A stretch of 64,000 nt of DNA. Source: Sphaerodactylus townsendi. Its lineage: Eukaryota. The position numbers were made by a program, and so were the translations under genes. The notes beneath the pieces are model-generated. The model saw only the letters and a list, made by a program, of their open reading frames with translations, made no database searches and had not been told where the DNA came from. Below, piece after piece: positions 54,285-64,000 of the stretch. Where the stretch lies: assembly GCF_021028975.2 (NCBI RefSeq), contig NC_059428.1, forward strand, positions 102,176,001-102,240,000. Reading direction: 5' to 3'. Within the stretch, counting starts at the first letter, position 1. Every line of letters starts with the position of its first letter.

Positions 54285-56030
54285 GCACGAAATGCTGAAA
54301 TTTATTCAAAGTTTCATACATACATTAAAGACACTGATTCTGTAACAGTAATTTACAACAGCAGTAGAAAATTGAAATGTGGGCTATATTAAAGTGCAAT
54401 GATAACATGATTCCTGTGACTATGGGAGAAGACATTGTCAGGAGCTAGGTGAAAAGGCACAAGGACTTGAGACAAGGGTTTGCTCCACAGTCCTCCTTCT
54501 CCAGTACTTCCCCTTTGCCCAAGACAGAGAATTAATAAACTGCTTTAAAAAAAAAAGACTCTACAAAAGAGTAGCTTATTGTTTGTCATGCTCCCTACAT
54601 GGAATGGCAGGAATATGCAGAAAGTCCCATAGGTGCAACGGTGCACATTCAGACCATCGGGGTTGCATCCAGTGTTTCATTAAAGAACAACTTTTGGAGC
54701 AATACAGATGAGTATTTTTGTAATACTTGTATTTACAAAATAAGTTACAAAGACTATTGCTATTTTAATGATCACAACAGATCAGGCTGTGTCTTCACTG
54801 GAACAGCCTTGCTTGCGTAATATAATTTGAAAAGATGAATCATCCTGTGACAGAAATTGGGATTAAACTGAAACCATGGCCAGCGTTCACATTTCAAAGA
54901 ATTCTAATTACATAATGGCATTTTCAGCCGCCTAAAGAGTATAAATACATCTTTTTACATACACACATACATATGAACAGACAAATACATATAAAAAATT
55001 TCACTGACCAGGTCAGTCATAGCTTGATTGTAAATTGTGAGCTCAGATTTGCTTCTAGAGTTTGGAACCATTAATTCCCTTATGGACACTGTTTATACTT
55101 CAGGAAGCAAAAGGCCAAATTCATTGTTTCTTGCTACATCGCAATTGCCTAGCTTAACTAAGCACTGAAAGTCAAGCACTCATTCCCAAGTGGCATTTCA
55201 TTATATAATATATGAATGAGATACAAACTGCATGACTTCTATGTGAATTCAGAAGTGAAATATAAGAGAATCCATCTTGATGTAAATGAATTTGTAAGAT
55301 GGATCTGAGAGGAAGTAATTTATACAACATAACTTTTTAGTGTTTTTCTTCATAATTAAAAAAATAGGATTTGTTTTTATCAAAGTATTTATCAAATAGC
55401 CAGTGTTCTGTAAACATTTATCAGAATTTGTTTTCAGTGATTTAAAAAACTCTTTCAAAAGGCCATTGTTACAGAGTATATTTTGTAAAGTACTGTGTTG
55501 GTTAAAAGTGGAACTGGTTTTTTTTCCACAGCTTTGCTTGTGACAAAATTTATAAATGTAAAGCACAGTGGTCAAAAAATAGTCAGAAGGAATATCCAGA
55601 TCAAAACTGAATCCCCTGATGGTATAAGAACTTCCATATATTATATATCTACCACATGAGGCTTCTCTTTACAATCATTTTTCTTTTTTTTTTTCTTTCA
55701 ACCATTCGTACTGGTTTCATTGTACAGATTTATACCAACAAATACAATCTGACTCTTCATATTAGTTCCCCACACCATCAACAGCAAGGTGCAATGAATT
55801 CTAGCAAAACGATACATTCCCAACATGCAATTTTCATTCCAACAATCCTTCCTACTGCTCCACATGCTTGACGAATTCCATAGATGTTCATTTGGGTCTC
55901 TTAAGAAGAGTTTGTAAACTACCATTTAAACAAAGAAAGAAACCCAGATCCAAGGCTTCTGTATTTCATCTAATTTCCCAATACTTGCATTACCAGATAA
56001 CTTCATAGGAGTCTTGATAGAGCTTTGGTG
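54285..56030 (-). other. MCF2L: Probable MCF2L 3' UTR with AATAAA at 54301-54306
   Basis: AT-rich stretch after the stop codon with no TE recognised; tttatt on + strand followed by a GU-rich downstream element on the minus strand. Confidence 0.55.
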
Positions 56031-59000
56031 TTATGTCTTAATGTCCGAGTAGCTGGTGCTACTAATATTGCAACTTTCACTGTAGCTTGAAGATGAGCTC
56101 AGTGTATTTGAACCAGCTGCAGATTCTAAATGGAAAGACAGGAATACACAAAAATTTACAAAGAAATATATTTTATCCACAATTGTTGAACTACAGTTCT
56201 TTGAACTCTTTGACAAGTTAATCAGAGGTTGCTTCCACATGATGACACTTCTTGGTGTGGTTTACATTGCTACTGCAGGCAGTTCCCTCATACTGTTCTT
56301 GCCTCAGTTTCCTGCTGCCACTCCCTACCACCATTTATCCTTAGGCTTTTTTTTAAAAAATGGCATATTTATTTATTTGTTCTATTTAATATACCGCCCA
56401 CCCCTGAAGGGCTCTGTTACGTTATAAACATTATAGTGTTATAATGTTATAAACATTTATCTACTAACTCCTCTAAATACACAGCTTTCATTAAAAAGAC
56501 GACGTTTCAGGGCCTTTGGTTGCAAAGGAATGTATACATTTTCTATCTTCACAATGAAAAAGCAAACAATCTTTTTTAATGAAAGGCCTTTTCTGCATGC
56601 ACAGCTTGCCACAGGTTTTCCCAGTACTTAACCTTGTGTCTTGGAAATGTTTTCTATGAAATCATTCTTCTCACCTCCATTCCCCTGCTATTGTTTTTTC
56701 CCTTGTCTCCTCAGTTTTGTTTATTCCACACACCACTGCTGCAGATGTATTATTCCTAATGGTGGTGGGGTGTCATCCGTGACACAGAAGAACAACCCTC
56801 CCCCCTTTTTTCTTTCGCACAGGTACTCTGGTGTTAAAATTGGGGTTGGCGGACGCCTCTTTTACTGCTATCGCTGTTTTAATGGTTTTAGTAACTTAAT
56901 TTATATTTTTGTGTTGTACACTGCCCAGAGCCCTTCGGGGATGGGGCGGTATAAAAGTTTAAGTAATAAATAAATAATAAATAAATAGTTACAGTGAAAT
57001 GTGAATTCAAAAAATGTCTCCGTTTTCATTTCTACCATTGAGAATTACCCACACAAAATTAAGGTTCAAAAAACCCTACTGGAGCAGATGCCATTACCAG
57101 AATGAACAGAAACGTGTACCCCCCCCCCCCAACCACATCTTTTGGCCCAGTTACAGTAGCAGTAATGCACAATCAATACTTTGGCAGTCCCTTGTCAATT
57201 TCACTCACTCCTAACTGCGGACACAGTGTACTGTCACCTTAACATTACCTCCTAGGCTCTATGTAAAATTGACAAAGATGATCTAATCAACCCTACTTCA
57301 TTGTATCTATGCCTTAACATTAACATAGCAAACTCTATGTAAAATTGACAAAGCTGATCTAATTGCCCCTGCTTCATGGTATCTGTGCCTGAACATTACG
57401 TCACTAATCCAATACAACAAATATATATTTTTAAAAAAACTTTTGAAAATGGAGGAGGAGAAAATGGCTGAATGGGGGGTTGGGCGACAACATGAAGGTG
57501 TGTATGAGGGCCAGATGTTTGGTGGGTGGAAGAATAAAGAGAAAACATTTTTGGAATCAAATGAAGGAAAGAATGTGTGGCAAGACTAATTGCAAACAAC
57601 TTGTGTGGAAAATGCCAAAATTTGGAATTTCCAAAGGCTCGTAGATATATTACCATAATAATATTATAAGATGTCAATTGCCAATTTTTTAAAAAGCGCC
57701 AAGAAAAGCCATCTGGTGGTAGGGCACAAATGGCAACCATTTACAAAGGTTCAAGACAAGGAAAGTGGTGCTGAGGTAGGCAGGACCTACAAAAAATGCG
57801 TGCCTTCCCATTTGCACAGCACACAAACACATTTTGACAGTGTTCTTTCCTAAAAGATCATATCAAATCAAGTTTTGGAAAGCTTGCAACAAATTGGGGG
57901 GAAAACAAAGTGGACGATTGGAGGCATAATCATGTGGATGCTTCCCCTTCCCCGCCAAGAACCCCCTGCTCTGGTTTGGATGCCAAATTGCAACAAAATT
58001 CTCCAAGTGCAAATAACCCAAATTAAAGTATTCATCACTTACCTGAACTGCTTAGAGACACAGCAGATTTGGAATTTCCAAGAATCATCAAAAGGCTATT
58101 AACTGGGAACCAGCCTTCTTTACTCGTGCTCAAATTCTTAATATACCTAAGAAGCAAAAAAATTTCTTTCAAACTGTATGCCACAAAACATGATTAAAGT
58201 ATTAAACACATCTCCACTTATTTGAAAACTATGCAATATTTAGAGGTGGATAATAGTTTAAATCAATAACAAAGGTCTAGAATGAACTCAACATACCAGA
58301 TCTTTAACAACATTTGAGATTATTTTACGGGGCATTTCAGACCTATATAGCCCTGCCTCCCCTCACCAGGTTATTCTCAGTGATTTTAAAACAACACAAA
58401 AACTCAGTGAAAATGCAGTAGAAGAGAAAATGGCACCAGTCAGTTCAAGGTTCTTTTGACTAGAAAGGTGCTCAATTTTCTGTGAAACTCTGCAGAGATT
58501 GTGGCAGTCTGACCTCTTGGAGAACAAAATCACTTGCTTCCTCTGCACAGTACCTCTTCTTATTAAAAAGTATTCTTCCAATATTCATACCCATGGTTAA
58601 GAATTCGATTGCCACTAATCTTAACAATAATTTGCAAATTAGCTCCAACCCCTGGTTATTACTGAGGGAGAAGGAGAATGACAACCTACCACACACACAC
58701 ACCACCCTTGGAACAACAGTTAGAGGTCATCTTACCAAAGCCCATTGTCTCCTTCATGGGTCAGTTGGACTAAGTCTCCACTTTTCAGCTTCAGGTCTTC
58801 AGAACCTCCTTTGTCACAATCAGCTACAACAGTGTATTTACCAGGAGTCTATATACATAGAGGAGTGGGAAACCACAATTATTTAAAAACAAAAATGACT
58901 GATTAATGAAGTAATTATTACTGTGATTTAACTCTATCAAGCCCTGAAAACCCACTGGTTATACCAGGGGTAGGGAACCTGCGGCTCTCCAGATGTTCAG

Positions 59001-60075
59001 GAACTACAATTCCCATCAGCCTCTGTCAGCATGGCCAATTGGCCATGCTGGTAGGGGCTGATGGGAATTGTAGTTCCTGAACATCTGGAGAGCCGCAGGT
59101 TCCCTACCCCTGGGTTATACTAACTACCAACACTGGGAACAATTTAACTTTTCCATGTACATAGGGATTTCCTGTTCTCTGTGAAGACACAAGTTCTGAG
59201 TGTGCATGGGGTTTCTTGAAACCAAGATAATAGAAGTTGCTTTATAGGAGGGGGGGTATGTGTCTCAATTGTGTCCACAGGACATCCATAAATGCCTCTG
59301 ATCCTGTCACAATTTAATAAGATCAAGAAAGTCCAGGATGAAGCTATTAAATTCTTACAGTGTTCCACAGCTTACAGTGTTCCACAGTACAGACTACAGA
59401 TTGGACTACAAAACATAAACTGGAGGGTAAACCCTTCTCCCCCACTGGGTTATTCCTTTACTTTCTGACTTACAAGTAAATGGCATCCACTGACAAATAC
59501 ATAGATCCGAGGACAATTTTGTGATGGGAACAAAATTAGGTTCTCTCTACACTCCATTTCCCCACCCCAATGTCTTTTTATGATGGGTGCTAGAGTGTTT
59601 GTGTGTACGAGCTTTATTGGTGTGTGTGTGTCCTAATTAGGCCCACAGAATACACATAAATGTCTCTTCCTCTGATTCTGACATCTGAACAATACTTGGG
59701 AAATATCACTGTAGTATACAATTAGCTTTCAAAAATCTAATTTATGCCCCCCCTCCAAACAACTCCATTTTCATCAGCCACTAGAGTTCTAGGAGCTACA
59801 TGTAGCATGAAAAAAATTATTTAAAAAATGAACTCTACATATTAAAAGCCTGAAGCAGTTTATAAATTGGAATAAACAAAATAGAAAACACACCAGATCT
59901 ACTAGCCAGCACTAAACAATTGAAAATATAATCCCCAATGGGGGGAAAATAGTTACCAGCTTTTTTTCTTCTCTTCCTTCTTCCTCTGCATCTGAGGAAT
60001 TAAGAGGGTCCTCAGCACTAGACCAGCCATCATTTTCTTCAGAAGCATCAAGGGACTGAGGTGTTTTACACCAAC
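56031..60075 (-). CDS. MCF2L: MCF2L (Dbs/Ost RhoGEF) last four coding exons: 60075-59957, 58848-58736, 58146-58043, 56125-56031; gene continues beyond the window
   Basis: Hand translation: GWCKTPQSLDASEENDGWSSAEDPLNSSDAEEEGREEKKL / TPGKYTVVADCDKGGSEDLKLKSGDLVQLTHEGDNGLW / YIKNLSTSKEGWFPVNSLL...LSSS / ESAAGSNTLSSSSSYSE...SDIKT*. SH3 domain, phases compatible, synteny with F7. Confidence 0.92.
57257..57399. repeat. ~76-bp tandem duplication
   Basis: ctctatgtaaaattgacaaag...aacatta occurs twice. Confidence 0.85.
58965..59112. mobile_element. Near-perfect palindromic hAT-type MITE in an MCF2L intron
   Basis: 148-bp hairpin, perfect TSD ggttatac. Confidence 0.93.
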
Positions 60076-61179
60076 CTTAACAAACCAATTGTCCACCATT
60101 ACTAACAAGCAAATACTAATTATTTTTGCAAAAACAGATATTTTCAGCCACCCTATGAATTGCAGATTTGTATTTATGGTTGTATTTGATGGTTTTTGTA
60201 AACTATAGCTTGCCTGGCTCACACATCAATGTGAACCTGGTGGGCTGAGAAACAGAAGGGAATTGCCAGTTACTGAAGATGGAAATGCAAGAGCCAAGAC
60301 ACATTTGGAGTTTACTCACACAGCACCAAAACATGGTTAGGCATTGCATTTTCACTACGTTTTTGAACACTACACACACATGTGCTATACAATACTACAC
60401 CCACATGTTAAATGTTATTAGAATTTAAATGTGCAACATTTATATGAAATTGAGTCCGTTTTCAACCAGCTACCTAGACCAGCTGTTAGATGTCTATTAA
60501 ACAAATTCTATGGATTCTTGGACTAATTTAACTATATTGAAATTGAATCTACACTGTGACCATCAGAAATTCTCTTTGGAGCCAACTTGAGAATCAACCT
60601 TACCTAAAGTACACAGACAAAAAAAGATTTGGTTAGAGCAAAATAAATGTGACCCAACTGGCAAAACCATTTTGAGAGGGCAAAACCTCCTTTTCTCATC
60701 AAACTGAAATTATGAGGGGCAGTTTTAGCTTCCCCTCCTTTCCCCGTACTGTGGCGTCAATGAACAGGTATAACAAAATAAATGATGTGTGTATGTGTGT
60801 GTGTGTGGGGGGGAATTGTAGCTATAAATGTCTAAGATGTAATGAGACTAGGGTTTTCTTTTCTTTCACTAGTTTATTCAAGCAAGTATTATTGTCTGTC
60901 TGGTCAGATGCCAAGGAAGAGCTAAAGGACCCCCCTTTAAGCTGTTGTAATTCACCGCAAAGCACACCACACCATGCAACACTTCATGTGACCCAGGGGA
61001 GATACATTACCTTGCCTGCGTTGTGTGGCTAGCACAAGATAAGTAGTGCTGACCCACTTGGCCCTGTTCCATGTTAAAAAAGAACTGGCATCTGTGGAAG
61101 AACTGAATAATAAATCCCCAGTGCATTACACTGTAGCTGTGATGTTGCTCTTTGAGAATGAAATTGGGAGCTCCATCAT

Positions 61180-61586
61180 AGGAGCAGCAGTGGTGTAGTG
61201 GTAAAGAGAAGGTGTACTCCAGGGGTGGGATTCAAATAATTTAACAACTGGTCGTTTACAAGCACCAATTTAACAACCGGTTCTGCCGAAGTGGTGTGAA
61301 CCGGCTGAATCCCACCACTGGTGTACTCTAATCTGGAGGAACCGGGTTTGATTCCCCGCTCTGCCGTTTGAGCTGTGGAGGCTTATCTGGGGAATTCAGA
61401 TTAGCCTGTACACTCCAGCACATGCCAGCTGGGTGACTTTGGGCTAGTTACAGCTCTTCAAAGCTCTCTCAGCCCCACCCACCTCACAGAGTGTTTGCTG
61501 TGAGGGGGGATGGGAAGGGAGTTTGTAAGCCCCTTTCAGTCTTCTACAGGAGAGAAGGGGGGACATAAATCCAACTCTTCTTCTTC
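61180..61586 (+). mobile_element. tRNA-headed SINE (Squam3-like) interrupted by a MITE
   Basis: Family homology. Confidence 0.85.
61220..61320. mobile_element. 101-bp deletion derivative of the same hAT family, inside a SINE
   Basis: TIR caggggtgggattc / gaatcccaccactg, 8-bp TSD gtgtactc. Confidence 0.88.
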
Positions 61587-62068
61587 TAAAAGTGAAATAC
61601 AAAGTAAGCTGTCCAGCATCCTTTACTAAACACAGAATATTCTCCCCCTTTTCCTTTCACAATATTTGCTACCTATGCACTGCAACACCTCTTTTCACAG
61701 ATCTTGAATTTCTTATATAACCTTTCATAGAAGCTGCCAAAAGAAGGGACTTCAGAATTGCACAAGTCCCTTGGCAGATCAAACCACTGTGTTGTAAAAT
61801 CAATTTTTTTTCCTGAAAAGGCAGATATGGAACAATTGCCACATTGGTACAAAAATGGAATGATTTTCACACTGGCACAACCCCCCCCCCCTTTCCAAAT
61901 TAATTAAAGAAGCCGCTAATAAAGAATGTTACCACAATCCTATCAGATGAGTCTTTTCAAGTAGACTATGATGGACTCAAAATTTTATTTTCAATGGAAT
62001 GCAAAAACCTGATTAGCATGGGACATAACAAACTACAGGGGAATCATAAACTCATCCTCTCTTAGTTG

Positions 62069-62243
62069 CAGGGGTGGAGCGAGGGAAAACTGCGCCCAGG
62101 GCACACGTGTGCCCTGCACTCCTACTGCGGCGCTGCCTGTTTCCGCCCCGCCCTGAAACGCCCCCTCCCCGGCCCGGCCATGTCCCCACCATGGCGCTGC
62201 CGGGGGCATTGCACCCTCCCGCCTTGTTGGTGCTACGCCATTG
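62069..62243. mobile_element. GC-rich hAT-type MITE
   Basis: Perfect TSD cttagttg. Confidence 0.85.
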
Positions 62244-62693
62244 CTTAGTTGTATTTTAGAAACACCAAACTAACCATGACTGGATATTTTGTCAATTGGC
62301 CAAAGAACCACCCCCCCACATGGACACCCTGAAAAGAACAATACATTTATAGACACTTCAGGGATTGTTTGCTTTTTTACTTTGAGTAATTTCATCGAAC
62401 ACGTGTTCATTAGTCTGCAACCTTCCTTTGTGCTTGTCCTCTTATAATGGAGGCCTCCATTCTGGCTTAAATGTTGAGCTAGAATGCTGGAAAATACTTT
62501 ATGCAGTCTTTCTTACACTAGGCTGCTTTGCACTCCCCATGGAACAAACTAAATGGCAGATGCTTGATTCAAAGTTACCTTCTTTAGTATACTTCCATAC
62601 AATTGGCTGATGGCTGGACTGAGATTCTTTCTCCCATTAACTGCAAGCCAGCTTTTCCATTCAATCCTAACTTTTCCATTACCTTCCAAAGGC

Positions 62694-62956
62694 TTGAATC
62701 AGTTGGCTGTTATGGTTTTCCAGGCTGTGTGGCTGTGGTCTGGTAGCTTTTGCTCCAAATGTTTTGTATGCATCTATGGCTGGCATCTTCAGAGGTACAT
62801 CACGGTAAGATGTATTTCTCTCTGCGGCACCGTGTGCCTCTGAAGATGCCAGTCACAGATGATGGTGAAACCCTAGGAGGTAAAACCACCAGACCATGGC
62901 CATGCAGCCCGGAAAACTCAAAACAGCCAGTTGATTCCAGCCACAAAAGCCTTTGA
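62694..62956. mobile_element. Penelope pseudo-LTR inverted pair (hairpin) with degenerate hammerheads
   Basis: cctctgaagatgcc...gaaa in both orientations; arms are reverse complements. Confidence 0.78.
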
Positions 62957-63147
62957 AAAAACATTATTTATTCTCTCAGAATAAGTAGAATAGTGACAGG
63001 TGGCCTGAAAAATCCCCGGTTTCATTTTCCTAAATGTTTAATGCTGATATCTACATATATCTATCTTTTTTCAGCTTCATACAGGGTCTGACGCTGGCTC
63101 TGCATTTGAAACATTTTTTAAATTAAGAGTGGATGACTCTAATCATA

Positions 63148-63432
63148 AGTGGTTAAGAGCAGTGGACTATAATCTGGAGAGATGGGTATGATTGCCTACT
63201 CCTCCACACGAGTAGTGGACTCTAATCTGGTGAATCAGATTTGTTTCCCTACTCCTATGCATAAAGCCTGCTGGGTGACCTTGGGCTAGTCACAATTCTC
63301 TCAGAACTCTCTCAACCTTACCACACTCACAAGGTGTTTATTGTGTGGAGAGGAAGGGAAGGAGTTTATAAGTTGATCTGAGACTCCTTACAGTTCAAAA
63401 GAGCAGGGTGTACATCCAAACTTTCCTCCTCC
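63148..63432 (+). mobile_element. tRNA-headed SINE (Squam3-like), older copy
   Basis: Family homology. Confidence 0.75.
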
Positions 63433-63727
63433 TTAAAACAAGGTACTCTTAAAGGATTCAAATGTGGTTGGTTACAATGAAACCTACAACTGTCCCTCTG
63501 AAATCAGCAATTTTAACAAATCTGGAAATATCAGGACACTCATGTAGCCTTTCAAGTTTTTTACTTTTTCTGAATAAAAATCTTTATTCAAAACAGCTCT
63601 TTCAAGAAAGATGTTGGGGGCCAAGGTCAAGCGTTATGCTATGTCCTACATCCTTCAAGCATGTGTATCTCTAGTGTCATTCAGGATAGAATGGATGCAA
63701 TGCTTACATAGCGAAACCAGTTCACTA

Positions 63728-64000
63728 ATTGGTTGTTGTGAGTTTTCCAGGCTGTGTGGTTGAGGTCTGGTAAACCTTGTTCCTAACGTTTCGCCTGCAT
63801 CTGTGGCTGGCATCTTCAGAGGTGTATCACAGAGAGAGGTGTGTTACACACTGTATCCAGTGGAAAGTGTGTAACAGTGTGTAACACACTTTTCTCTGTG
63901 ATACATTTCTGAAAATGCTGGCCATAGATGCTGGCGAAATGTTAGGAACAAGATCTACCAGACCATGGCCACACAGCCTGGAAAACCCACAACAACCAAT
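63728..64000. mobile_element. Penelope pseudo-LTR inverted pair (hairpin); may continue past the window edge
   Basis: ~130-bp arms; minus-strand arm has an intact hammerhead core. Confidence 0.8.
63782..63822 (-). ncRNA. Minimal type I hammerhead ribozyme motif (Penelope-associated)
   Basis: CCU-CUGAAGA-U-GCC-loop-GGC-GAAAC-GUU-AGG; palindromic AACGUU helix III. Activity not shown. Confidence 0.65.

Noticed and set aside
61180-61365. tRNA genes at SINE heads
   Set aside because: Only A/B box remnants within repeated SINE bodies; no cloverleaf.
62579-62640. Candidate MCF2L exon with AG/GT ends
   Set aside because: 62 nt, phase incompatible with downstream exons, no recognisable homology.

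Overview
Vertebrate genomic DNA, most likely a squamate reptile (probably a gecko, inferred from the SINE and MITE repertoire). It covers the conserved MCF2L-F7-F10 cluster, all on the minus strand. Present are the last four coding exons and 3' UTR of MCF2L (60075->~54285), a complete 8-exon F7 gene (49887->24909, 426 aa) and a complete 8-exon F10 gene (21009->3094, 490 aa). All junctions were reconstructed by hand as GT-AG and in frame. Introns and intergenic DNA are transposon-rich: a near full-length Ty3/Gypsy chromovirus with a Tf1-type self-priming PBS, 5'-truncated L1-like and RTE-X-like LINEs with TSDs, a decayed Penelope-like element (PLE) with inverted pseudo-LTR at -200 of F7, hammerhead-ribozyme-bearing Penelope mini-hairpins, many hAT-type MITEs with 8-bp TSDs, and several SINE families. 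The most notable protein-level result is an intact F7 ORF with changes at functionally critical sites (Gla14 E>K, loss of the EGF1 Ca2+ ligands, Lys192>Asp) behind a well-conserved proximal promoter. TE family names and human residue comparisons come from recall, not database searches.
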